DNA of 64,000 nucleotides. It comes from Pirellulales bacterium. Its GTDB lineage: Bacteria; Planctomycetota; Planctomycetia; Pirellulales; JACPPG01. A program made the position numbers and the translations under genes. A model generated the notes under the pieces. The model had not been told where the DNA came from, made no database searches, and saw only the letters and a program-made list of their open reading frames with translations. The stretch spans positions 59,144-123,143 of the forward strand of contig DASYDW010000123.1 in assembly GCA_036499395.1 (NCBI GenBank). The letters are read 5' to 3'. Below are positions 18,699 through 28,138 of the stretch, in pieces. Positions within the stretch are counted from its first letter, which is position 1, and each line of letters opens with the position of its first letter.

Positions 18699-20097
18699 AT
18701 AGCACGCTTTCTCGGTCGTCGACGCTGCCACTGTTGGTGCTGATATTGTCGCCGCTGCTGCGGTTGTGCGACCGCAAGGATTCGAGCGCTTGTTGCGCTG
18801 CTGAAACGGCGCTCGCCGCCGAGGCGTCTGCCAGCATACCTTCGGTGCCCACCCAATCCCCGGCCAGAAACACGTTGCGAATCTCGGCGGAATTGACGCT
18901 CGGCCGTCCGGCCAGTCCGCCGTCGGACGCGAGCGGAATGGCGTGCGAGACTATCATTCTGGGCAGAAGTCGCCGCGCGACAACATGCGAGCGCCAGCCC
19001 GGCTGCAATTGATCGAGGAACGATTCGAGTTCAGCGCCCACCGCTTCCGGCGCCTCGTCTCGATCATGCCGCAAATACTTCATCAGGTGCAAGACGTGTA
19101 CACCGTCCGGACCCAGTCGTGCTGCGGCAGAATGGACCGAATAATACATCGGACGATCCAGCCCCAACGCAAAGCGATCGCGCGGACGCGGCAATCGATC
19201 GAGCGCCACGTCCAGGCAGGCGGCCGACACTGCGACGCGCTGGGCCATCCAGCGAACAAGAAATGAGTCAGCGGAGCGATCGAGCAATCGGCAGGCAGCA
19301 TCCGGCTCGACTGCCAGAATGACCGTGCGGCCGCGAATTGTTTCACCGCCTGACAATCGCACCAGCAGCCCGTCGGGAGTGGTATCGGTCGAATCAGCGC
19401 GAGAACTGGTGCGCAGCGTCGCTCCATTTTCGATGGCCGTTTGCCGGAGCCCTGCGACGATCGTCTGCCAACCGCCGTCCAGGTACAGGACGTTGCCGGT
19501 GAGCGCTAATCGGAGTTGATCGATCGCGGCGCCCGCCGAAAGGCGGTCGACATCATCGACGTAGGTCGCGACGCGCACCAGCGAGGCGATAAATGACGCC
19601 AGATTGCCCCGGCCAAACGCTTGTTCGATCCAAGCGCGCGTTGTCGTGCCATCAAGTTGCCGGGCATCGACATTCTTGATCGTCACGAAAAACCGTGTCA
19701 TGCGCCGTTTTTCAGAAAACGTCAGTAACTGCGAGGAAAACAGCGCGAGCAGATTCGTGGGAAGCCGATAGCTGGTATCACGCTGCAACAGCAATGGCCT
19801 TCCCTGGCTGGGAAAATGCCCCGCGAACGGAATCTGCATTTCCCTAAGCAGCCGGCACGCATGTCCGCCGGCATACAAGGCGTGCGCCCCGAGATTGAAC
19901 TGCACGTTCTTGATTTGATTCGTGGCCGCGCGACCGCCGGCATGCCCCGCTTGTTCCACGATTTGCACCGATCGCCCAGCCCGCGCCACCACGGCCGCGG
20001 CCATCAGGCCGGCCAGCCCCGCCCCGACGACAATCACGTCGGTTTCCTGTGGGGCAGAATGAGGGGTAACAGCGTCGCGACTGTTCATGACGGGCAC
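18685..20097 (-). CDS. FAD/NAD(P)-dependent oxidoreductase (phytoene desaturase / amine oxidase-like)
   Basis: Dinucleotide-binding motif DVIVVGAGLAGLMAAAVVARAG and C-terminal FLAGDW. Immediately upstream of the ECF41 sigma gene, overlapping it by about 14 nt. GTG at 20097 or ATG at 20088. Confidence 0.8.
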   Translation of the reverse strand: MPVMNSRDAVTPHSAPQETDVIVVGAGLAGLMAAAVVARAGRSVQIVEQAGHAGGRAATNQIKNVQFNLGAHALYAGGHACRLLREMQIPFAGHFPSQGRPLLLQRDTSYRLPTNLLALFSSQLLTFSEKRRMTRFFVTIKNVDARQLDGTTTRAWIEQAFGRGNLASFIASLVRVATYVDDVDRLSAGAAIDQLRLALTGNVLYLDGGWQTIVAGLRQTAIENGATLRTSSRADSTDTTPDGLLVRLSGGETIRGRTVILAVEPDAACRLLDRSADSFLVRWMAQRVAVSAACLDVALDRLPRPRDRFALGLDRPMYYSVHSAAARLGPDGVHVLHLMKYLRHDRDEAPEAVGAELESFLDQLQPGWRSHVVARRLLPRMIVSHAIPLASDGGLAGRPSVNSAEIRNVFLAGDWVGTEGMLADASAASAVSAAQQALESLRSHNRSSGDNISTNSGSVDDRESVLYGRA

Positions 20098-20133
20098 TCC
20101 TGTCTGGTAACGATTTACCTGTTCAGAAGTGTA

Positions 20134-20160
20134 GACGGATCAGAGCGGCGAAATGTGACA
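20134..20160 (-). promoter_or_regulatory. ECF41-type promoter (TGTCACA-n16-CGTC) upstream of the oxidoreductase-sigma operon
   Basis: The minus strand reads TGTCACA-tttcgccgctctgatc-CGTC with an exact 16-nt spacer. The -10 element ends about 37 nt upstream of the oxidoreductase start. It matches, as I recall it, the consensus published for ECF41 target promoters. Confidence 0.7.
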
Positions 20161-20312
20161 GCTTTCGGAAAACCGTGGGGGAAAGCGCCCAGCGGACAAG
20201 AGTTCGACGCAATGTCCAGAACCGGTCGGCGCATAAAAAACGGGCCTGAGGGTCCCTGGTCAGGAACCGACAGGCCCGTTAATGGTAACTGGCCCTGAGC
20301 GACACACACCAC

Positions 20313-20885
20313 CTACCGAGCCTGAGCCGCTTCTCGCTTCCGCTTTCGCTGGTTGCCGCGGTGGGGAATGCCTGGCTCCTCGTCTTCGTCCGACTGAGGA
20401 TGCTCAGCATCCAGGTTGATACGCTCGGCCAACTGCGTCAGCTTCTTATCGGTGGCGGCCTCCTCGTCGAGAGTCTGCTGCAACAAATCCCTGGCGTCTG
20501 TTTCGCCGAGCAATTCCGCATACGTTCGCACGCAGCCGTAGCCGGCGATTTCGTAGTGCTCGACGCGTTGGGCCGCCGCGATTAGACCCGCGTCCAGGAC
20601 CTCGGGCTCGGCATCCTCGGCGATCAATTCCTTCCCTTCCTCGATCAATCCTTCCATCGCCTTGCACTTCTTCGCTCGCGGTTTTTGATCGAGCAACTCG
20701 AAGACGCGTTCCAGGCGCTCGGCATGCCCCTTGGTCTGCTCGAGATGATCGAGAAAACCTTGCTGCAGATCCTCTGCCGTGGCGGCCTTCGCCATTTTCG
20801 GCAGCGCCTTGATCAATTGCTTCTCGGCGCTATACAGGTCTTTCAACTCCTCAAGGAAGAGTTCTTTGAGCGTTGCCATTTTCAT
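20313..20885 (-). CDS. Ferritin-like DUF892 (YciE/YciF family) stress protein
   Basis: MKMATLKELFLEELKDLYSAEKQLIKALPKMAKAA...HLEQTKGHAERLERVF is the typical YciE/YciF N-terminus. ATG at 20885 is preferred over the track start at 20933. Confidence 0.8.
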   Translation of the reverse strand: MKMATLKELFLEELKDLYSAEKQLIKALPKMAKAATAEDLQQGFLDHLEQTKGHAERLERVFELLDQKPRAKKCKAMEGLIEEGKELIAEDAEPEVLDAGLIAAAQRVEHYEIAGYGCVRTYAELLGETDARDLLQQTLDEEAATDKKLTQLAERINLDAEHPQSDEDEEPGIPHRGNQRKRKREAAQAR

Positions 20886-20979
20886 AGATGATCCGTCCTC
20901 CCACCTTCCACGACGACTCCGTTTGCGAAGCACCCCGGCGTGGTTAAAGTTTATTTTGCATACCTCCCTCGGGCACGCC

Positions 20980-21261
20980 TTAACTCAATCGACGCATAAT
21001 TCGCATGATGAGCGCGAAAAAGAAGCCGACCCCTGCTGCGATCGCAATGGCTTGAAAGGGATTCGACCGAATCGAATCCCGGGCGGATTCCGCCATATCA
21101 TCGATCTGGCTGCGTCCCGATTCCATGACGTCGTAAACCTGTTCGCGAACTCCCTCCAGAACTTCCCGTCCGGCGTTAGCCGCATCGCGGGAAACCGTTC
21201 GAGCGGCATGCCGACCATTCGAGGCCGCGGTCCGGGCGTGTCGTTTAGCATTAGTGGGCAT
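20980..21261 (-). CDS. DUF883 (ElaB/YqjD/YgaM-like) tail-anchored membrane protein
   Basis: 93 aa with a soluble helical N-part and the conserved C-terminus NPFQAIAIAAGVGFFFALIM, typical of ElaB-family ribosome-associated membrane anchors. Confidence 0.7.
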   Translation of the reverse strand: MPTNAKRHARTAASNGRHAARTVSRDAANAGREVLEGVREQVYDVMESGRSQIDDMAESARDSIRSNPFQAIAIAAGVGFFFALIMRIMRRLS

Positions 21262-21314
21262 CGGATAACTCCGTTTTTAAATTGGTTAAAAGTTCCTTGA
21301 ACTGCGGCAGCGTC

Positions 21315-21497
21315 TTAGGACTTCCGGTTGGCTTGCTTGACGCCCTCTTGCACATTCTTCACGACCTTCTCAACGCCCTGCTTCACTTTGCCGGCGGCTT
21401 GGTCGATCTGACCTTCGCGGCGCAGCTTGTTGTTGTCCGTAATGGCACCAGCGGCTTCCTTGACGCGCCCTTTTAACTCTTCAGCTTTACCAGCCAT
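21315..21497 (-). CDS. CsbD-family general stress protein
   Basis: 60 aa. GKAEELKGRVKEAAGAITDNNKLRREGQIDQAAGKVKQ matches the CsbD/YjbJ repeat pattern. Confidence 0.8.
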   Translation of the reverse strand: MAGKAEELKGRVKEAAGAITDNNKLRREGQIDQAAGKVKQGVEKVVKNVQEGVKQANRKS

Positions 21498-21795
21498 GAC
21501 AGTAACTCCTCGCTAAAAGTGTTTGATTCGTGCCGCGTCTAAAACCGACGCTCGATGTCGATTACGGCAATGCAAGTCACGTGCCACGAGGAATTCGTGG
21601 TCGCCAATCGCCGGATTTCCCACAATATCCCGCTAAAACGACTGACTGTTGGCCGCTGAACAGCCACGACGGTCCTCGCCCATCCGACGGTTCTTGTCGT
21701 GCCCCGGTGGTGCCAGCATGGTGTATGCTGGTCACGCAAGCTGAATGCCACGTCGCTTGTGACGAGCCCGCAAACCGCATCCTGCGATTCAGACG

Positions 21796-22602
21796 ATGAA
21801 CCCTCGCCTGCACGTCATTCTGGCCATACTGATTAGCCTGAGTTCCGCGCGGCCGACGATGGCCGATGATCCGCCTAAGGTGACGGAACTGCCGCTGATC
21901 GCTAAGCAATCTCTCTCGTTTGCCTCGCAGCACGTGCAAGGCCTGGCGGTCTCGGCCGAGCATTATTGGATTTCGAGCGTCGATCGAGGCGCCAAACGCG
22001 GCCTGGTTTTTCGCGTCGAACGCAGCACGGGCAACGTCACCGCCCAGCGCGAGCTGTCGTTCGGTGCGCAGTTTCATCCAGGCGGTATCGACGTGGTCGA
22101 CGGCGCGCTTTGGGTTCCGGTTGCGGAATACCGTCCGCGATCCAGCACGACGATTGCAAAGCTCGATCCGACCACGCTCGAGACCCTGGCTTCGTTCACG
22201 ATCGACGACCACATTGGCTGCCTGACCGTCGTCGCTCCCGACGAAATCGTAGCCGCGAATTGGGACGCAAGAACTTTTTATCGGCTCAGCCTGATTGGCA
22301 AACGGCTGGGCGAATCGGCCAATCCGCGCGCTGCCGCGTACCAGGACCTGAAAACCGATGGAGATTTGATCCTGGCCAGTGGCACCGAGAAGCGCCCCGG
22401 CATGTCGCCTGTGCCGGTCGTCGATCGTTTGAACGCGACGACGCTGGCTCTGGTGTCACGATGGCAGCCGCAGGGAACATTGCAAACCGGCGGCAGTAAT
22501 TTCTGCCGCGAGGGGTGCGCGCTGTTCCGCGGCGAGATTTATTTGATGCCCGAGGACGGACCCCACACGACGATCTATCGATTCGCGAAGCCGCGCGACT
22601 AG
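21796..22602 (+). CDS. Hypothetical secreted protein (possible beta-propeller-like fold)
   Basis: Signal peptide MNPRLHVILAILISLSSARPTMA. Coding-like composition over 268 aa. I recognise no family motif with confidence. Confidence 0.5.
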   Translation: MNPRLHVILAILISLSSARPTMADDPPKVTELPLIAKQSLSFASQHVQGLAVSAEHYWISSVDRGAKRGLVFRVERSTGNVTAQRELSFGAQFHPGGIDVVDGALWVPVAEYRPRSSTTIAKLDPTTLETLASFTIDDHIGCLTVVAPDEIVAANWDARTFYRLSLIGKRLGESANPRAAAYQDLKTDGDLILASGTEKRPGMSPVPVVDRLNATTLALVSRWQPQGTLQTGGSNFCREGCALFRGEIYLMPEDGPHTTIYRFAKPRD

Positions 22603-22635
22603 GCGCGCCAACGCTATTCTTGCGAGCCACGACCG

Positions 22636-23802
22636 ATGATTCTGCACATCGACATGGATGCCTTCTACGCCTCGGTCGAGGAGCGCGAGAATCCAGAGTT
22701 GGTTGGCAAGCCGGTCATCGTCGGCGGCAAGCCGGAAACGCGCGGGGTCGTGGCCGCCGCGAATTACGAAGCGCGCCGCTTCGGCGTGCATAGCGCCATT
22801 TCGGCGGCCGCGGCGCGACGGCTCTGCCCGCAGGCGATCGTGTTACCCCCGCGGATGGACTTTTACGCGGGCATCGCGCGACAGATTCGCGCGATTTTCG
22901 CGCGCTACACACCGTTGGTCGAACCCCTATCGCTGGACGAAGCCTTCTTGGACACCGGCGGCAGCGAACATCTGTTCGGCAAGGCCGAGGTGATCGGTCG
23001 GCGCATCAAAGACGAGATTCGCAACGAGCTTCGACTCGTGGCCTCGGTCGGCGTGGCTCCTAATAAGTTTCTGGCCAAGATCGCCAGCGACCTCGAAAAG
23101 CCAGACGGCATGGTCGTCGTCGTGCCGGGCAAGGAGCAACAATTCCTCGATCCCCTGCCGATCGGTCGCCTGTGGGGTGTCGGCCGAGTGACGGGCAGCG
23201 TTTTCGAGCGCCTGGGGATTGCGACCATCGGTCAGCTTCGCGCTCTGCCCCAGGAATCGTTGCAAGATCTGGCCGGCCGCGTCGGTGTGCGTCTGTGGGA
23301 ATTGGCGCACGGCATCGACGATCGCAAGGTGATTCCGGATCGCGACGCCAAGACCATCTCGCACGAATCGACATTCGCCAGCGACATCACCGATCAGGAA
23401 ATGCTGCGTGCGTGGCTATTGGACTTGACCGAGCAGGTCGGCCGTCGGCTGCGCCGGCACGAACTCTCGGGGCGTACGGTCCACCTCAAGATTCGCCTGG
23501 CGGATTTCCAGACGGTGACCCGCGCACGGACACTGCCTCGCCCCACGAATGTCACGCAAGAGTTGTGGGAAGCTTCGGCCGAATTGCTCACTCGCTATGC
23601 CGAGGGCAAGAAGTTGTCCGTCCGGCTGTTAGGCATGGGGGTCAGCGGTTTGCAATCCGATCCCCGCTTGCAGCAGCAGCTCTTCGACAACGAAGATCAT
23701 CAAAAGCAGGGTCAGCTCGACGCCGTGGCCGATGCGATCCAGAATCGATTCGGCGGCGCCGCCATCCGCCGCGGTAGCCGGCTATTCCGCGATAATGCCT
23801 GA
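22636..23802 (+). CDS. dinB: DNA polymerase IV (Y-family)
   Basis: MILHIDMDAFYASVEERENPEL, SLDEAFLD and the little-finger region. 388 aa. Confidence 0.9.
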   Translation: MILHIDMDAFYASVEERENPELVGKPVIVGGKPETRGVVAAANYEARRFGVHSAISAAAARRLCPQAIVLPPRMDFYAGIARQIRAIFARYTPLVEPLSLDEAFLDTGGSEHLFGKAEVIGRRIKDEIRNELRLVASVGVAPNKFLAKIASDLEKPDGMVVVVPGKEQQFLDPLPIGRLWGVGRVTGSVFERLGIATIGQLRALPQESLQDLAGRVGVRLWELAHGIDDRKVIPDRDAKTISHESTFASDITDQEMLRAWLLDLTEQVGRRLRRHELSGRTVHLKIRLADFQTVTRARTLPRPTNVTQELWEASAELLTRYAEGKKLSVRLLGMGVSGLQSDPRLQQQLFDNEDHQKQGQLDAVADAIQNRFGGAAIRRGSRLFRDNA

Positions 23803-23851
23803 TCGCATCACGCTCGGTCCTCAGTGATCACCTCGCCGCTTATCATGAGAG

Positions 23852-24490
23852 ATGGCACACTGGGAGTCCCGAGCCGTCATCCTCGCGACAGTTTCTGCGA
23901 AAACCTTCGTGAAAAAGAAAGCATCTCCTCCACGGCCAACGCGAACGAAGAAGTTGCGCCGTGCTTTCTTCGCTCGGCCGGCGATCGACGTCGCCCAGGA
24001 CTTGATTGGAAAGATCCTCGTGCGCCGCATCGGCGACGTCGAGCTTCGCGCGCGGATCGTCGAAACCGAGGCCTATCTCGGGCCGCACGATCTCGCCTCG
24101 CACTCTTCGAAAGGGCGCACCAAGCGGACCGAAATCATGTTCGGCCCACCCGGCTTCGCCTACGTCTACCTGATCTACGGCATCCACGACATGCTGAACG
24201 TCGTGGTTGGTAAGAAGGGCGATGCGCAGGCCGTGCTGTTGCGCGGCGCCGAACCGCTAGGCGATTGGGACGCCCACATCATCGGACCCGGCCGGCTGGC
24301 TCGTGGTCTGCAAGTCACCCGCGTGCATAACGGCCTGGACCTGACCGGGAACGAGCTGTTCTTCGTCGACACTCCACTGGATCGCCCCCCGCTTCGTAGC
24401 ACAAAACGGATTGGCGTCGACTACGCCGGCGTGTGGAAGGACGAGCTGCTGCGCTTCGTCGACGCCAATTGCCGGGCCCTGCGGCGGTAA
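23852..24490 (+). CDS. mpg: DNA-3-methyladenine glycosylase (Mpg/AAG family)
   Basis: FFARPAIDVAQDLIGKILV...IVETEAYLGPHDLASHSSKGRTKRTEIMFGPPGFAYVYLIYGIHDMLNVV is the AAG-family core. Has an N-terminal extension of about 35 aa. Confidence 0.85.
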   Translation: MAHWESRAVILATVSAKTFVKKKASPPRPTRTKKLRRAFFARPAIDVAQDLIGKILVRRIGDVELRARIVETEAYLGPHDLASHSSKGRTKRTEIMFGPPGFAYVYLIYGIHDMLNVVVGKKGDAQAVLLRGAEPLGDWDAHIIGPGRLARGLQVTRVHNGLDLTGNELFFVDTPLDRPPLRSTKRIGVDYAGVWKDELLRFVDANCRALRR

Positions 24491-24962
24491 AAAGCGATCG
24501 CCTCCCAGGTGTCGTGTTTCGACGGCTGTCACAGTCCTTCAAGTTCTGTCCCGTGCCTCGTGAAACTCATCACGAAGTGCGATGCGACGTTTTGTCGCAG
24601 CAATGCCCCTTTTCACACGTCGCTACGGGTAAAAGCACCGCCGACTGCGACAAGACGACGCACCTGAAGCGGCCATCGCATACGACAGAATGTCGCTGGA
24701 TACACGGCATTCTTTCGGGATTAAGATGGAACCCGAAGGACGTCGAAAGGTGATGAAGAGTCGCCGCTACGGTGTGTTAACTGCACCGTATAATTCACCG
24801 GTAAGGAAGGGAACATTCCGTTGGTCGCGACGATAGTTCTTCTTTCCTCGTCCGGAACAAAGTGCCGTTTCAAGCGATTCGAAAGTGATCTTCGAAACGA
24901 GTAGACCGACGTTCAAGAAACTCGACTGAATACTTTGAACCGTCGTCTCTCAGGGAGGCGTT

Positions 24963-25481
24963 ATGTGCGCCAAGAAAGTCTTGTTGACCTCGGCAGTCTT
25001 CTGCTTGTTGGGTGTCGTTTCGAGTTCCGCGATCGCGCAGCGTACTGCGGCAATGCCAACGGTCTCGCCGCGAAAAGCGCCGACTTCGCGGGACAAGTAC
25101 TTTCTGGCCGCCGCCGAGGTGTACGACGAGCTGGCCGCGGAACATGCCCGACTGGCCGAACTTTATCGCGCATTGCCCGATCGTGATAAGGCCGTGAAAG
25201 CGCACGCGGCTTCGGTGCGCACCGAGGTTCAATTCGCGCAGCGCAATTATCGCTTAATCAGCGAAGAGGCGCGACGCGATGCCGAGATCTCGCAACGCCT
25301 GAAAGAGATTGCCGACCGCGAAGCGGTATTGCTTGAGAAGATCAACAAGCTATCGCCGCCAGTTGCTGTGCCGGCGCCACGGCCTCAGCGCGCCACCAGC
25401 GTTTTTGTCGAACGCGAGCAGGGGGGCACGCGCATTCCGCAGTCGTATTACACCTCCGGCGAAGGACACTTCATCGACTGA
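24963..25481 (+). CDS. Secreted helical protein of unknown function ending in SYYTSGEGHFID (paralog of 28766..29407)
   Basis: Signal peptide MCAKKVLLTSAVFCLLGVVSSSAIA. Helical Ala/Arg/Glu-rich body. Shares the RDKY-type N-terminal motif and the C-terminal tail with the 28766 gene. Confidence 0.6.
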   Translation: MCAKKVLLTSAVFCLLGVVSSSAIAQRTAAMPTVSPRKAPTSRDKYFLAAAEVYDELAAEHARLAELYRALPDRDKAVKAHAASVRTEVQFAQRNYRLISEEARRDAEISQRLKEIADREAVLLEKINKLSPPVAVPAPRPQRATSVFVEREQGGTRIPQSYYTSGEGHFID

Positions 25482-25522
25482 TCGCAAGCGCGAATGCGCT
25501 ATGTAATTGCCAAACGAGAAAG

Positions 25523-25560
25523 AAGGCCGCATTGGTCCGCGAAGACTTGGCGGCCTTTTT
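25523..25560 (+). terminator. Putative intrinsic terminator after the 24963 gene
   Basis: AAGGCCGC...(19-nt loop)...GCGGCCTT followed by TTT. The long loop lowers confidence. Confidence 0.4.
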
Positions 25561-25655
25561 GCTGCGCACTCGTCCACGCGGCCCCCGTTGATCGCATACG
25601 CAGCTTTTCGCGCGCACGCGGCAGGGATAACCGTTAGCAGTGACACAGGCAACGG

Positions 25656-27617
25656 TTAGAACTCGACCTGGAACCGCATTCCGTAGATATCAAACGGCGC
25701 GGATCCATTGAATACCACCGCATTGGGCGTGCCGGGCAACGCTACGTTGTTTCGATAGACCGGCATGCTGTGAATCCAGTTGAATTGCAATCGGGTGTAC
25801 CGATTCCACCACCAGTTTATGCCCACCGTGCTCTCGTTGACTGAGCCGTAATTCGGGTTTTGCGGGGCCGTACCATTGGCGACGATCTGTTGATTCGCCG
25901 GAAGCAGATTCGCACAGTCCAAGTCGAGATAAGACCAGCGCGCCGCGACCTGCCACGCTCCCCAGCCGCCAAATCCTTTCCCTTTTCCCAGCCCGAAGAA
26001 GTCGCTGTAGGGGACGACGTTGTAGTCGAGTACGCCGGCTTGCTTGTTGTACGCGGCGCTCTCGCCCGTCAGGAAATAGCCGCACTGCGCGTAAGCACCC
26101 GGCAGATAAATCGGCGGGCCCCCTAATTGATCGAGCACATAGAACAGGAATTCGCTCTGGCAGCTCGCCGCGCCGGCGTTGGCGGCTAGCTCGGTGTGGT
26201 AGTACTGATAACTGCTCGCCAGAATGCGCCCGGTGCTGACGACTGGAGGTGTCCCGGCCGCCGTCGCGCCGCCACCACTAGCATCACCGACAAAGAACTC
26301 GGGGAGCGGCTGCGAGATGAACGTGTGGGCGAACGGGCCTGATCCGCCGATCGAACCGCCGGTAAACCCACCGCCGGCGTGCAATAGGTAGCGCCCTTCG
26401 GACGGCTCGTCGTAATACAATAGGTGCGTGGCGCGAATCGCGCCGGACACGCTGCCATTGTCTCCCAATTGCTCGGCGAAACGGCTGTCACCGATGTCGC
26501 CGAATTGCGTGTTCGCGCCGCCCGCGAAATTGGGATTCCAGAACGTGAAGCCGGTGCCAAACACGCTGTAGGCCCAGGTCGTACGTTGACTGTCGCTCAT
26601 GTTGTACGCCATCACGCCGACGCGGCGGAAGGGATCAAGCGCCTGAAACGGCAACGATCGCTCCATGAATTCCAGATGGCGAACGCTCGTCCAAGCGTCC
26701 ATCGTCGTCGGCTGGCGAAACTGCCCAATGCGGATCGTGCCGAGCACCGGCAGGTTTTGTTGTTCACCCCACGTATCGAAGAAGCTGGGACGTCCGGCTG
26801 TCGCGAAATCTACTTCTAAGCTGTAGCCCGTGAAGTCGCTAACCTTGCCGACCGCCGCCAAACGCGTACGGCGAAAGCCGATGCCATTCTGAATGTTGCC
26901 CAGGTCGTCCTTGCTACCATCGGACTGGCTGAAGAAGCCTTGATCGAGTTGAAAGAAACCAGTGAGCTGAATGAAGGGGAGCTTCGGCGGGGTGCTGGCG
27001 AATTTCTCCAGCCGACCAAGCCGGCCTTCTACCTGCTCCAAATACTTATCGAGATTACCCGGTTGCTCCGGATCGTAGAGCGGCTTCTGCGCAAGCGCCG
27101 CCGCACGAACGACACCGGGCGGAACATCGGGGCCTAACACGGCGCTCGCCACCGAGACAGGCTGTGGCCCGACAGCAGGATTCACTGCCGGCGCCGGCTG
27201 CGGTGTCCAAATGGGCTCGGGCGCAGCCGTGGGTAGCGACGTGCCCGACAGGATGGGCAAGCCGGCCACGATCGTCGGCGACGATTGCCGCGTCGCCATA
27301 TCGCCGAACGGCGTGACGCGCGTTGTGTCGAGATAGGGAGATACGATGCTGGGTGGGGGGGCGAGGGCCGCGGATGGACCAGGGGGCGTCGTGCCGATGG
27401 CGACGGGCGCGGGGAGCGAAGCAACGCTCGCTGGCAGCTGGGTTACACCAGCGACCATGTCAGGCTGGGCCGGACCGGCGGCGATCGGCAGAGCGTTCGG
27501 TGTGCCAGATTGTGCCGCGGCCATGCGCGCATTGATGCCGGATGCCGCCACCAGCAGCAACATCGCTAGGAGCGCAATCGAATTGCGCTTCAGGGAACGC
27601 GAACAGAACAAAGGCAT
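25656..27617 (-). CDS. Porin-like outer-membrane beta-barrel (OprO/OprP-like) with an N-terminal Pro/Ala-rich extension of about 200 aa
   Basis: ATG at 27617 gives a signal peptide (MPLFCSRSLKRNSIALLAMLLLVAASG). Short coiled coil LDKYLEQVEGRLGRLEK, then FIQLTGFFQLDQGFF...IGFRRTRLAAVGKVSDFTGYSLEVDFA. Alternating beta-strand pattern. The C-terminus ...YGMRFQVEF ends in Phe. Confidence 0.6.
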   Translation of the reverse strand: MPLFCSRSLKRNSIALLAMLLLVAASGINARMAAAQSGTPNALPIAAGPAQPDMVAGVTQLPASVASLPAPVAIGTTPPGPSAALAPPPSIVSPYLDTTRVTPFGDMATRQSSPTIVAGLPILSGTSLPTAAPEPIWTPQPAPAVNPAVGPQPVSVASAVLGPDVPPGVVRAAALAQKPLYDPEQPGNLDKYLEQVEGRLGRLEKFASTPPKLPFIQLTGFFQLDQGFFSQSDGSKDDLGNIQNGIGFRRTRLAAVGKVSDFTGYSLEVDFATAGRPSFFDTWGEQQNLPVLGTIRIGQFRQPTTMDAWTSVRHLEFMERSLPFQALDPFRRVGVMAYNMSDSQRTTWAYSVFGTGFTFWNPNFAGGANTQFGDIGDSRFAEQLGDNGSVSGAIRATHLLYYDEPSEGRYLLHAGGGFTGGSIGGSGPFAHTFISQPLPEFFVGDASGGGATAAGTPPVVSTGRILASSYQYYHTELAANAGAASCQSEFLFYVLDQLGGPPIYLPGAYAQCGYFLTGESAAYNKQAGVLDYNVVPYSDFFGLGKGKGFGGWGAWQVAARWSYLDLDCANLLPANQQIVANGTAPQNPNYGSVNESTVGINWWWNRYTRLQFNWIHSMPVYRNNVALPGTPNAVVFNGSAPFDIYGMRFQVEF

Positions 27618-28138
27618 CAAGGCAATCTCTTCGAGTTCCTTCGGGCGATCCGCCCCCGACGCAGGTCGAAACTGGACCATCTCGCGCTGCGACTTTTTGT
27701 CACACCCCACTCGGCCTATCGTCATGGAGCCGGACGCCGCTAAAGACGGAATAACCGTTGCGGGCGGATTCCGGCTCCCAGGAAGAAACATCGAAAAAGT
27801 GGGAAGCGTAATTAAGGAAGAACGTTCCGAAATCGCCGCCGCCACCGGCAAACTCACGTCATTCGCCGCAAACTAACGGTTGCAGTGCTGGCAGTCATCC
27901 CGTGCTGTCGTCGCTTGTGCAGGTTTGAATGCGGAACTCCGAGCATGCGCGCTGCCGCGGCCGCGCGCTGGAATGAGCATGACGCCTGTGAAACTGCTCC
28001 GCGTGCAGCGATTGAAAGGATCCGCTATCGGCACGAGATCGACGAAGCGCGCGAAATCGCAGAATTACTGGCGCCGCGACTGCCGAAACCTTGAGCGTGG
28101 GCATTACTCACTTCGGGCCATCGCCGCACGGGACATCC

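Noticed and set aside
21577-22212. 211-aa minus-strand ORF overlapping the 21796..22602 gene
   Set aside because: It is antisense to an ORF with a clear signal peptide and better composition, and its own translation is Arg-rich with no motifs.
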